Of a stretch of 32,642 nt of DNA, positions 8,602 through 17,871 are shown piece after piece (within the stretch, counting starts at the first letter, position 1; every line of letters starts with the position of its first letter). Source of the DNA: Nostoc sp. DedSLP01. Lineage in GTDB: Bacteria; Cyanobacteriota; Cyanobacteriia; Cyanobacteriales; Nostocaceae. Under the pieces are notes generated by a model. The model had not been told where the DNA came from, made no database searches, and was given only the letters and a program-made list of their open reading frames with translations. The stretch lies in NCBI GenBank assembly GCA_034530875.2, contig JAVRCJ020000050.1:16790-49431 (forward strand), given 5' to 3'. Both the position numbers and the translations under genes were made by a program.

Positions 8602-8841
8602 CAATACCTTTGCCAATTTACGAGGTTGAGTTGATGTATTAACATCTTGTTCTCAACGGTTTGGCAAAAACAATAAGTCCTAAAAATTCCTTCCAAGTTT
8701 CCAGCAAGCATTTTTTAATGTCTTGCCGCAGTATCAAGGGTTTGAGCTTCAAAGCCACCTTGTGAGCTAAACGCTTATACATAAGTCATTTTGCCGTTTT
8801 TGCCAAAATTTTTGTAGGCTCTTATTTTGGCAAAGGTATTG
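8602..8841 (-). mobile_element. 240-bp internally deleted IS (IS4-family-like) / MITE
   Basis: Perfect 15-bp terminal IRs CAATACCTTTGCCAA (8602-8616) / TTGGCAAAGGTATTG (8827-8841). No transposase ORF and no clean TSD. Confidence 0.7.
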
Positions 8842-8857
8842 ATTAAAGAGCAATTTT

Positions 8858-8941
8858 GTTGTATGGACTTGCACCTTTGATGTATTAACTTGCAACAAAG
8901 TTGTATAGACTTGCACCTTTATTGCATTAAAGTTGCAAAAA
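8858..8941. repeat. Array of four ~21-bp units (2 x 42 bp) with a TTGCA core
   Basis: GTTGTATGGACTTGCACCTTT / GATGTATTAACTTGCAACAAA / GTTGTATAGACTTGCACCTTT / ATTGCATTAAAGTTGCAAAAA. Confidence 0.75.
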
Positions 8942-9059
8942 TTAGCTTTGCTTAGTCGTTATGCATTGGAGGCATTGGCGTAACCCACACTTTGGCTGCG
9001 CTCAGTGAGCATCGTAGGTATCGCCACTCTCATCATTCAACATAAGTATTAATTATATA

Positions 9060-9095
9060 GGACAAAGATCCTAGTCAAAACTTGGATCTTTGTCC
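9060..9095. other. Perfect inverted repeat (hairpin or protein-binding site)
   Basis: GGACAAAGATCC - 12 nt - GGATCTTTGTCC. Confidence 0.55.
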
Positions 9096-9370
9096 GATGC
9101 GCTCACAGAAGCGATCGCTATATAATCCATCTCGCTACAGCAAAATTTAGGTAATTATCTAACCTGACAATGAATAAAATCTGGTTTGGCAATACTTTAT
9201 TGTTTAGTTCAGTTTTAGCGAGTATCTTACTTACTCGTTATCGAACTAGTGGTTTATTTCAATGACCCATGTCTTACTACTGGTATAATCTAGCCAATAA
9301 ATCAGAATTCTTGGAGTTCTACAACTCCAGTCAACTTCTATAACCATAGAGAATAATCAGGATTGCCATC

Positions 9371-12300
9371 ATGTTTCATCGAGTTCCGGAAAAACAAATG
9401 CATTTTGTTAGATGGCTGCTCGTTATTGGCTGGATTTTACTCATTTTATCATTATTTTACGACCCAATTTCGCCATATCTCACGCAGCCTACTACTGATT
9501 GGAGTATTTTCCGTCTTAATCCGAATCTCTTAGACTCGATGAAATGCCAAGAGGTTGTCACAGTCCAAGGAAAGTGTGTTGATGTCAAACCTTTTGCATT
9601 AGGAGCCAAAATCTTTTGGGGAATTGTAGTTCCTTGTGGAGTATTAATTATCTTTATTTTAGGACATGAAACATGGCGGCGGATTTGTCCGTTATCTTTT
9701 CTATCACAAATTCCGAGAGCGTTAGGTAAGCAACGCCAACGCAAAATCACTAATCCTCGCACGGGAGCAGTGCGCTATGAACTAGCTAAAATAGCAAAAG
9801 ATTCTTGGCTTGGTCGCAATCATTTATACTTTCAATTTGGGTTTCTTTGCATTGGTCTTTGCTTGAGAATTTTATTTATTAATGCCGATCGCCTGTTTTT
9901 AGGGTCTTTTATTATTCTGACAATTCTATCAGCAATATTGGTAAATTATCTGTTTGCTGGTAAAACTTGGTGTCAATATTTTTGTCCTATGGGCCCCGTG
10001 CAGATGGTCTATAACGGGCCAAGGGGATTGTTAGGAAGTGAGGCTCACCAAGGTCAAAAACAGATTGTTACTCAGTCTATGTGCCGGACATCAGATAAAG
10101 ATGGTAACGAAAAAAGTGCCTGTGTTAGCTGCCAATCTCCTTGTATGGACATTGATGCAGAACGGTCTTACTGGGAAATTTTTAACAAGCCAGGTCGGAG
10201 ATTAGTTCAATACGGCTATGTGGGACTAGTTATCGGTTTTTATCTTTACTATTTTTTGTATTCTGGCACTCTTGATTACTATTATTCGGGAATTTGGAGT
10301 CATGAAGATAATCAGTTAGCAACTCTTTTAAATCCTGGATTTTATATTTTTGGTAAGCCGATTCCGATTCCAAAATTAGTTGCAGTTCCTTTTACTATTG
10401 GGGCTTTTGTTGCAGTCAGTTACTTCTTATTGTCGAGGGTAGAAAAAGAATATAAAGCTTATTGTCAACGGATTAACAAACCTCTCAGTAAACAACAGAT
10501 ACAACACAATATTTTTGCAATTTCTACCTTTGTAGTTTTCAATTGTTATTTCTTATTTGCTGGCCGTCCCGTACTCAAACAACTACCAAATTTCATAGAG
10601 CTAGGATTTAACGCTTTAGTCATTCTCGTCAGTACATTATGGCTGTATAGGACACTCAGCCGCAGTGCAGAAACGTATTCGCGGGAAAGCCTTGCAGAAA
10701 GTCTGCGTCGTCAGTTGGCTAAATTAACAGTTGATTTCTCTAAATTCTTAGAGGGTCGGTCAATGGCAGACCTGAAACCAGATGAGGTGTATGTTCTTGC
10801 TAAAGTACTGCCCAGTTTTAGTAAAGAATCTAGCTTTCAGGTTTACAAAGGATTGCTGCGCGAAGAATTAGAACAAGGAAATGTAGAGCCAGCAAATAGC
10901 TTAGACGAACTCAAGCAAATCCGTTTGGAATTAGGACTTAAGGATGAAGAACACTTCAATATATTGACAGAATTGGGAGTAGAAAACCCATCTTTATTAG
11001 ATCCAACTAAACGCAGAAGTCGGGAAAATCAGTTAAGAATCGAAAGCTATCGCCAAGCTTTAGAACTACAATTGTTAGATTTGATCGAGATGGGAGTTCC
11101 CTTGCGTCAAGCACTCCAGCGCCGAGACAAGCAAATTCAAGGACTGAAACAAGAGTATGGCATTACCGCAGAGGAAGAAGCACAAATTTTATCCCAAATG
11201 ATTGATGAAAACAGTGCTATTCTCCGCAAAGCAGAGATACTACTTACACAGTTAAAGGAGCTAATTGTCCGCTACAAAGCTTTAAGTAATTTTCCAAGTC
11301 ATCAAGCTCCGGTGTTTGTCTTGCTGCGATTAGTCGCTATTGAAAATAAACAACTAATTATCACCAAGCAATTATTGAGTATTCTCGAAGTTTTGCAAGA
11401 TGCGCCGGAAGCTGTGAAAATAGCTAGTGCCATTGGCATACTTGCAGAAAATGTATTGCCAAATATTCTGAATGAAGGCAATAATACTTGGCGCTGGCAA
11501 GAAAGAATTGCTGAGGAAGCGATCGCACTTCTGCAACCCGATGATTTAGAATTAGCAGCAACCTTTGATACTCCAGCACAGATAGTTGATGACGAAGCAC
11601 CGACGCAAATATTTGTTGCTGGACAACCAATACCAAAGGTGATACGAGCCAATCATCAACCCTTTGTGATTGATGTTCTTAAAGAACTTTTGCAAGAATT
11701 AGAGCCACTCATCCAAGCAGCTGCACTTTACGCCCTAGAGCAACTCGACCCACAGCAAGGGCGCGAACAAGCACGCCAGTTACTCAACTCCACAAAACCC
11801 GGAGATTGGCTAGTGCAGGAGACAGCAGAAAATATTTTGGGTCTGGATGAAGGACAGGCTGCTGCTTTGTTGCAAACTCTCATGGCTGAAGTGAAGGTAG
11901 AGGGAAAAATACAACAGCTTGTCTTTCAGCAATCAGCGGTGCAAGTGGGACGTAGTTTAGCAAATGATATTATCTTGCCCAGTGCCAGAGTATCTCAGCA
12001 CCATGCGATATTTCATCTTGACAAGCAAGAAGTGAGATTAACGGCGCTCAAAAGTGCCTATGGCTTACGTATTAATGATAAACGCATACAAAATGATACC
12101 GTGCGTCTCCAGGTAGGAGATGTGATTCGGTTTAGCCCAGCAGAGGAACCAGCCATAACTGTGAGTTGGGAAAAGCAATCGCCAGTAGACTCAGGAGTAG
12201 CAAAAGAAACTTTCAGCACCCTGGATAAGCTGTTATTGATGTTTGAAACCAGTCTTTTACGAACGGTGAAGCCGGAAGCGACGCTCGAACTGGCTCGCAA

Positions 12301-12658
12301 GGCTGAGATTCGAGTTTACCGTCAAAGAGAAATTATCTGTAAGGCTGGAGAACCATCTGATGAACTGCTGCTGTTGATCGATGGTGAAGTTGATGTAACG
12401 GTTCTGCAAGGAGATATTGAGGTTGTCGTCAATACAATTCGGTCAGGCGAAACTATTGGTGAAATGGGAGTTTTGACTAGGCAAGCGCGATCGGCAAATG
12501 TAGTTGCCAAGGCTGAAATCAATCGAGTTTTGGTCATAGAGGCGAAGGATTTTGAGACACTGTTACGCAATGATTCGGAAGTGTCGAGGAGTTTGTTGCT
12601 GAATATGATTGGTCGTTTGCAAAGGTTAACTGCACAAGTTAAAGAAAGTCAGAAGTGA
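9371..12658 (+). CDS. Multi-TM 4Fe-4S-binding (NapH/RdxA-like) membrane protein with HEAT-like, FHA and C-terminal cNMP-binding domains
   Basis: Multiple hydrophobic helices; WRRICP, WCQYFCP, CVSCQSPC; FHA motif VGRS..NDIIL...VSQHHA; CNB phosphate cassette IGEMGVLTRQARSANV. Confidence 0.85.
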   Translation: MFHRVPEKQMHFVRWLLVIGWILLILSLFYDPISPYLTQPTTDWSIFRLNPNLLDSMKCQEVVTVQGKCVDVKPFALGAKIFWGIVVPCGVLIIFILGHETWRRICPLSFLSQIPRALGKQRQRKITNPRTGAVRYELAKIAKDSWLGRNHLYFQFGFLCIGLCLRILFINADRLFLGSFIILTILSAILVNYLFAGKTWCQYFCPMGPVQMVYNGPRGLLGSEAHQGQKQIVTQSMCRTSDKDGNEKSACVSCQSPCMDIDAERSYWEIFNKPGRRLVQYGYVGLVIGFYLYYFLYSGTLDYYYSGIWSHEDNQLATLLNPGFYIFGKPIPIPKLVAVPFTIGAFVAVSYFLLSRVEKEYKAYCQRINKPLSKQQIQHNIFAISTFVVFNCYFLFAGRPVLKQLPNFIELGFNALVILVSTLWLYRTLSRSAETYSRESLAESLRRQLAKLTVDFSKFLEGRSMADLKPDEVYVLAKVLPSFSKESSFQVYKGLLREELEQGNVEPANSLDELKQIRLELGLKDEEHFNILTELGVENPSLLDPTKRRSRENQLRIESYRQALELQLLDLIEMGVPLRQALQRRDKQIQGLKQEYGITAEEEAQILSQMIDENSAILRKAEILLTQLKELIVRYKALSNFPSHQAPVFVLLRLVAIENKQLIITKQLLSILEVLQDAPEAVKIASAIGILAENVLPNILNEGNNTWRWQERIAEEAIALLQPDDLELAATFDTPAQIVDDEAPTQIFVAGQPIPKVIRANHQPFVIDVLKELLQELEPLIQAAALYALEQLDPQQGREQARQLLNSTKPGDWLVQETAENILGLDEGQAAALLQTLMAEVKVEGKIQQLVFQQSAVQVGRSLANDIILPSARVSQHHAIFHLDKQEVRLTALKSAYGLRINDKRIQNDTVRLQVGDVIRFSPAEEPAITVSWEKQSPVDSGVAKETFSTLDKLLLMFETSLLRTVKPEATLELARKAEIRVYRQREIICKAGEPSDELLLLIDGEVDVTVLQGDIEVVVNTIRSGETIGEMGVLTRQARSANVVAKAEINRVLVIEAKDFETLLRNDSEVSRSLLLNMIGRLQRLTAQVKESQK

Positions 12659-12679
12659 AAAGGGGATTGAGGATTGGAA

Positions 12680-12834
12680 ATGAACTTCAGAGCTTCGTCG
12701 ATGAACCTCAGAGCTTTGTAAATAGACCTCTTGCATAAATATTTTTTTATCTCACGCAGAGGCGCAGAGGCGCAGAGAAGAGAACGCAAAGAAAGACTTT
12801 TGTAAGAGGTCCAATGAACTTCAGAGCTTCGTTG
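12680..12834. repeat. 21-bp tandem repeat (x3) interrupted by a ~90-bp GACCTCTTGCA-type MITE
   Basis: ATGAACYTCAGAGCTTYGT units at 12680, 12701 and 12814. Insert at ~12724-12813 with IRs GACCTCTTGCA / TGTAAGAGGTC. Confidence 0.7.
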
Positions 12835-12944
12835 ATGAGTCTTTAAACTCCACTCTTTTACCTCCTGGTTTCCAATACCCAATACTTCGACTTCGCTCAG
12901 TACAAGTGCCCCATAGCTAATGATTGAAACTTAGGAAGGTTAAT

Positions 12945-14585
12945 ATGCTCAAAATCAAACTGTTAAACTCAAAAATACCCACAGAGAGACAAGAGTTAGA
13001 CATATCGCCAGAAGTTATGATTAATGGCGAATGTTTTATAGGTCGCTCCCGCAATTGTGGTATAGTCCTGCCCAGTGTTGAAGTTAGCCGAGTTCACAGT
13101 AGTATCCGTTATGAAGAGGGCGAATATTACTTCTGCGATCTGGCTAGCCTGGCTGGCTCCCGCATTAATGACCAAGCGGCGAGTCTAAACCAAAGATATC
13201 TCCTGAAAAAGGATGACATTATTCGGATTGGCGAATTTATCCTCACTGTGGAAGCAACCGGATCGGCAACAGATAAGGCAGAGGTCGCACCAGTTCGGGA
13301 AGTCCAAAGCCAAACACCAACTCTTCCACAGGCGACATACACCATCCCTATTCCCCAAGTGAGTCAGCAACCAAGTCAGCCGACTCGTTCGCCTAGTGAG
13401 TATATGCCGATCGCACTTGTGCCGCTAGAACAAATCAGTCGGTGGACAAAAGGCGATTTAATGGTTCGTTGTGTGGCAATAATTGACGAAACGGATGATG
13501 TGAAGACGTTCCGCTTTGCTGCTGACCCACCAATATTATTTACCTACCAACCCGGTCAGTTTATGACGCTGAACCTGGAAATCAACGATAAACCAGTCAA
13601 ACGCTCTTACTCAATCTCTTCAACTCCTTCACGACCCCACACTTTAGAAATTACAGTCAAGCGCGTTCCTGCACCACCAGATGTTTTGGATGTACCGCCT
13701 GGTTTAGTTTCCAATTGGTTGCACGACAATCTCAGAGTCGGTAGTGAAATCAAAGTCAGCGGCCCTTTGGGAAAATTCACTTGTTTTGCTAAGCCCAGTG
13801 AAAAACTATTGTTTATTTCTGCTGGGAGTGGTATAACACCGATGATGTCTATGTCACGATGGATGATGGACACTGCTGCTGATTGCGATATTGTCTTTTT
13901 CCATTGCGCCCGCAGTCCTCGTGATATTATTTATCGCCAAGAACTAGAGTTAATATCTAGCCGCCAACCTAAGTTTCGTTTAGCGATCGCCATTACCAGA
14001 CCCGACGCAGGTCAAGCATGGTATGGTTTTATGGGCAGACTCAACGAACAAATGCTGTATGCGATCGCTCCTGATTTTTGGCAGCGCACAGTATATGTCT
14101 GCGGCCCGAATGCTTTTATGCAAGGGGTAAAAACTATGCTAGAGCAAATCGGATTCCCCATGCAAAACTACTATGAAGAAAGTTTTGGCGGGGCGAAAAA
14201 GGCAAAACTCCAGCCATCGGTTCCGGCTCAAGCGATCGCTGAGCAAGTTACCAAAGTGACAACAGTAGTACCAAAGCCAGTAATTTCCACCCCAGCTACT
14301 CTTCCAGTTAAAACAACAGGCTCTTTTACTCTAGTGTTTTCCAAGTCTGGCAAAGAAATTACCTGCACTGGAGAAGATCCGATTCTAGAGTTAGCCGAAC
14401 AAGAAGGAGTGGCGATCGGCAGTAGTTGTCGCAGTGGAGTTTGTGGTAGTTGTAAAACGCGGAAGCTTCAAGGAGAAGTCAAGTATATAGGAGAACCTGA
14501 TGCTCTCGATGAAAGCGAACAGGAGGAAGGCTATATTCTCGCTTGTATTGCTCACCCTAGAGACCGAGTTGCGATCGATGCTTAG
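12945..14585 (+). CDS. FHA domain - FAD/NAD(P)H oxidoreductase - 2Fe-2S ferredoxin fusion (Hcr/PDR-like reductase)
   Basis: FHA FIGRS...VSRVH; RSYSISS FAD motif; GLVSNWL; AGSGITP; YVCGP; CRSGVCGSC...LAC 2Fe-2S. AGGAAGG RBS before ATG 12945. Confidence 0.9.
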   Translation: MLKIKLLNSKIPTERQELDISPEVMINGECFIGRSRNCGIVLPSVEVSRVHSSIRYEEGEYYFCDLASLAGSRINDQAASLNQRYLLKKDDIIRIGEFILTVEATGSATDKAEVAPVREVQSQTPTLPQATYTIPIPQVSQQPSQPTRSPSEYMPIALVPLEQISRWTKGDLMVRCVAIIDETDDVKTFRFAADPPILFTYQPGQFMTLNLEINDKPVKRSYSISSTPSRPHTLEITVKRVPAPPDVLDVPPGLVSNWLHDNLRVGSEIKVSGPLGKFTCFAKPSEKLLFISAGSGITPMMSMSRWMMDTAADCDIVFFHCARSPRDIIYRQELELISSRQPKFRLAIAITRPDAGQAWYGFMGRLNEQMLYAIAPDFWQRTVYVCGPNAFMQGVKTMLEQIGFPMQNYYEESFGGAKKAKLQPSVPAQAIAEQVTKVTTVVPKPVISTPATLPVKTTGSFTLVFSKSGKEITCTGEDPILELAEQEGVAIGSSCRSGVCGSCKTRKLQGEVKYIGEPDALDESEQEEGYILACIAHPRDRVAIDA

Positions 14586-14591
14586 GATCGA

Positions 14592-14629
14592 ATAAAATAA
14601 TTGCCTTGTTTCTTGGGCAATTATTTTAT
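14592..14629. terminator. Probable bidirectional intrinsic terminator
   Basis: ATAAAATAATTGCC ... GGCAATTATTTTAT inverted repeat directly after the stop at 14585. Confidence 0.6.
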
Positions 14630-14845
14630 ATACCTAAATACTGGGAAAGTTAATTTATCAAAAAGATAGTGTCGCGCTTGGGGGCTACCATTAGTAGTGG
14701 CGATGGCAAAAGCATCCACACTGTATCCTAGTTATAAATTTATCTGTTCTACAAAATTAGACTCAACTCAAATATTCCAGCTTGAAGTAAGCAGCATCTA
14801 ATCTTACTTTTACAAGGTGTTTCAGATGTTCGATTCCTAATAGAG

Positions 14846-15832
14846 ATGAATTCACAAAACCAACAAAATTGGCAATCACAGCAACTAGCCACAGAAAATG
14901 TACCATACATCAGTAGTAATTTTACTGAAAGTGTTGCTAGGCTGAATAAATTTGTTCTAGCAGAGTTTGAGCGTGAAATTATCCAAAAGCAATTGTATTA
15001 CCATACAAAAGATCATCTGATGGCTGTACAGCAACGCGCTCAGTTAATTTTTCAAGTCATTTGTCCTTATTTGTCAGCAGATGTAGAGACAATTAACAGG
15101 ATGAAATTATTACTCGATGTTTGTGCGATCGCTCATGATTTAGTGCAAATCTTTATACCCCATCAACCGCACACATCCAGACGACGAGAAGCGGGTGTCA
15201 GTGAAAATGCAACTATAGAAATCCTATTGAATTATATACAAGTTTTAAATCAAGAAATATCAGCATTTTATCCAAAAAGTACGGCTCTTTTCACAGATAC
15301 AGATTTGGGAATCATTCAAGAAGCGATCGCCGCTACCATTTGTGATTACGATGCAACAGAGCAAGCCATTTATCAACCTTCTCTTTATAATCACAGCCAA
15401 TCTATTTCACCAATAGCTTGCATCATTGCTCTAGCAGATATTGGTTCTTTAGGAATTGAAGGAATAGCATCTTATAACCAAGAGGGTAGCCTACTCTTTT
15501 TAGAAGAAAATCCAGACATTATTCCTATCATTAAAAATCAGAACGTGCAAACTCTGGCTACAGATAACCCAGAACTGTACGAAAATATTAGACAACGTTT
15601 ACTCAGACGTGCAAAATTTCAAGTTAATTTTGCTAAATCTCGCCTAAATCGCCTCTCTTGTGAGTTGGCTTCTTTACCAGCAGATGCAATCCCCATATTA
15701 ACCCAAGCAGTTTTTCAGTATCTAACTTTAGAAACCATACAAGAAATTGAAGCAACTACCCCCACAAATGAACAAACATCTTTAGAAGTGTTAATCAAAT
15801 TTTTTGAATTTGAGCGATTAATCAAGAATTGA
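14846..15832 (+). CDS. HD-superfamily metal-dependent phosphohydrolase (PDEase-like)
   Basis: YYHTKDH ... AIAHD ... ALADIG arrangement (H...HD...D). Confidence 0.7.
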   Translation: MNSQNQQNWQSQQLATENVPYISSNFTESVARLNKFVLAEFEREIIQKQLYYHTKDHLMAVQQRAQLIFQVICPYLSADVETINRMKLLLDVCAIAHDLVQIFIPHQPHTSRRREAGVSENATIEILLNYIQVLNQEISAFYPKSTALFTDTDLGIIQEAIAATICDYDATEQAIYQPSLYNHSQSISPIACIIALADIGSLGIEGIASYNQEGSLLFLEENPDIIPIIKNQNVQTLATDNPELYENIRQRLLRRAKFQVNFAKSRLNRLSCELASLPADAIPILTQAVFQYLTLETIQEIEATTPTNEQTSLEVLIKFFEFERLIKN

Positions 15833-15931
15833 ATTGGGGACTGAGAATTGTGAGAATTATGGACTCTTATGCAAAAATTCTGAATTCTGACTTTTGAATT
15901 CTTCTCTATAACTACCTTTAAGGACATTGCC

Positions 15932-16414
15932 ATGTTAATGCTGCTTTTCTACGTTAGTAATGATTTGTACGCCATCGAAAGTTCCCGTGTAGTTGAGGTG
16001 ATACCCAGAGTAGCGTTGAGAAAAGTGCATCATGTTCCAGACTATGTAGCTGGTTTATTTAATTACCGGGGTAAAATTGTGCCAGTAATAGACTTGTGTC
16101 ATTTGATTGGTGGTAGATCTAGTCGCTTATGTCTAAGTACCCGCATTATTATGGTAAGCTACCCTAATCAGAATTCTAGACAACAATATTTAGGATTAAT
16201 AGCAGAAAAAATTACAGAAACATTAAATAAATCAGAAGGAGATTTTACAAATTTCGGTATTCGTGTTAGAGAAGCACCATATTTGGGAGGGATGTTGATG
16301 GATGAGAAAGGCATAATTCAGCGCATTCATTTAGAACAATTGTTTGCTGATGGAGAAAATACCTATTTATTGTCAGCGGGAGAAAGTTATACAAATGAGT
16401 TGGGCAGAAATTGA
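15932..16414 (+). CDS. cheW: CheW-family coupling protein (WspB-like)
   Basis: YAIESSRVVEVIP...VAGLFNYRGKIVPVIDL...APYLG. Confidence 0.92.
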   Translation: MLMLLFYVSNDLYAIESSRVVEVIPRVALRKVHHVPDYVAGLFNYRGKIVPVIDLCHLIGGRSSRLCLSTRIIMVSYPNQNSRQQYLGLIAEKITETLNKSEGDFTNFGIRVREAPYLGGMLMDEKGIIQRIHLEQLFADGENTYLLSAGESYTNELGRN

Positions 16415-17669
16415 AAACTTATTACGCCAAAAAATTGGAATTGATGCAAATATTATTGGTTCTAAGATTGTTAAAGCTGTTGAAAATCGTCGTTCTATCT
16501 GTGGTATCAATAATCTAAACGATTATTTACAGCTTTTACAAAACTCCAAGCAAGAATTTGATGAACTAGTTGAGTTGATAGTTGTTCCTGAAACTTGGTT
16601 TTTTCGAGATGGACAACTTTATAATGCGATCGCTAGCTATGTCTGTTCTCAATGGTTAAATAAATCTCACATCGGCAAACTCCGCTTGTTAAGCGTTCCC
16701 TGTTCCACTGGAGAAGAACCTTATTCTCTAGCTATGACATTATTGGATTTAGGTTTACTGCCAAATCAGTTTAACATTGATGCAGTTGATATTAGTACAA
16801 AGTCTTTAGCTAAAGCCAAAAAAGGAATTTACAGCCGTTACTCTTTTAGAGGTGATAATTTAGAATTTAAAGACCGCTATTTTCATCCTATAGATAAGGA
16901 ATATCAAATATGCGATCGCGTCAAAAATACTGTTAATTTCAGTCAGGGTAATTTGCTCGATTCGCAACTATTATTACATAGAAAAGCTTATGATATTATT
17001 TTGTGTCGTAACGTCTTAATTTATTTTGATTCATCAGCCAGAACAATCACCTTAACAAATTTAAATTCTTTATTAAAACCCGAAGGTATTATATTAGTTG
17101 GGGCATCAGAAACCGGAGAACTAGTTAATTCCTGCTGGGATATAATTCGTTTAAATAATGTACTGGTGGGACGAAAAAAAAGCACTAATACAGAGCATAT
17201 TAATTCCAATTACTCATCTGTAAACGTTCAAAATCCGAAGGAGTATACAAAACATCTAAAGCAACAAATTAATTTCATAAAAACACCTACAGAATTACTA
17301 GATAATTCCCAAGCTAACAATAATAAAATTATAGGAAATCAATTAACAAGACCAATAGAAAAATATAATTCTAATCTAGATACAATTCGTAAATTAGCTG
17401 ATGAAGGTAATTTAACCGAAGCTATATCAAAATGTCAAAACTATTTACAAGCAGATTCTACCAATGCAGAAATCTATGTTTTACTAGGTCAAGTTTATCA
17501 AGCCCAAAGACTAGAATCGCAAGCGGAAGAATGCTTTAAAAAAGCGATTTACCTTGACCCCAAAAACTATCAAGCTTTACTACATTTAACTTTACTAAAA
17601 GAACAAGGAGGAGACATCGGCAAAGCAAATATTTTACGCCAAAGATTACAACGTTTACAAAACTCATGA
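16395..17669 (+). CDS. cheR: CheR methyltransferase with C-terminal TPR (WspC-like)
   Basis: VPETWFFRD, SVPCSTGEEPYS, CRNVLIYFD, TPR (KAIYLDP). Likely ATG at 16395 overlaps the cheW end. Confidence 0.93.
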   Translation: MSWAEIENLLRQKIGIDANIIGSKIVKAVENRRSICGINNLNDYLQLLQNSKQEFDELVELIVVPETWFFRDGQLYNAIASYVCSQWLNKSHIGKLRLLSVPCSTGEEPYSLAMTLLDLGLLPNQFNIDAVDISTKSLAKAKKGIYSRYSFRGDNLEFKDRYFHPIDKEYQICDRVKNTVNFSQGNLLDSQLLLHRKAYDIILCRNVLIYFDSSARTITLTNLNSLLKPEGIILVGASETGELVNSCWDIIRLNNVLVGRKKSTNTEHINSNYSSVNVQNPKEYTKHLKQQINFIKTPTELLDNSQANNNKIIGNQLTRPIEKYNSNLDTIRKLADEGNLTEAISKCQNYLQADSTNAEIYVLLGQVYQAQRLESQAEECFKKAIYLDPKNYQALLHLTLLKEQGGDIGKANILRQRLQRLQNS

Positions 17670-17685
17670 ACTGGTAAAAATCGTT

Positions 17686-17837
17686 TATAGCGCTTCTGGG
17701 TTGAGTACAATACAGATTTAACAACAACAGCCCTTTTCCTACTAGCTTTGGGGAGTAAAATTCAAAGTTTATCTCCTTCTAGGAGATAGGTTTGGAGAAA
17801 GGTCAGAGTGTATTGCATCTCAATGAGAAACCCTATA
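17686..17837. mobile_element. TATAG-ended MITE-like dispersed repeat
   Basis: Imperfect ~28-bp IRs TATAGCGCTTCTGGGTTGAGTACAATAC / GTATTGCATCTCAATGAGAAACCCTATA; internal hairpin. Confidence 0.6.
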
Positions 17838-17871
17838 TTTTCAAACTTTCAACTAAACACTAGGGTATTTT

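Noticed and set aside
8858..8941. Possible CRISPR array
   Set aside because: Units are contiguous with no unique spacers, and there are no cas genes in the window.
12680..12834. Possible mini-CRISPR (repeat-spacer-repeat)
   Set aside because: Two units are adjacent and the single 'spacer' is an IR-bounded MITE.
542..13873. Numerous 60-116 aa antisense or alternate-frame ORFs inside larger genes
   Set aside because: Fully overlap well-supported CDSs and have no recognisable motifs; shadow ORFs.
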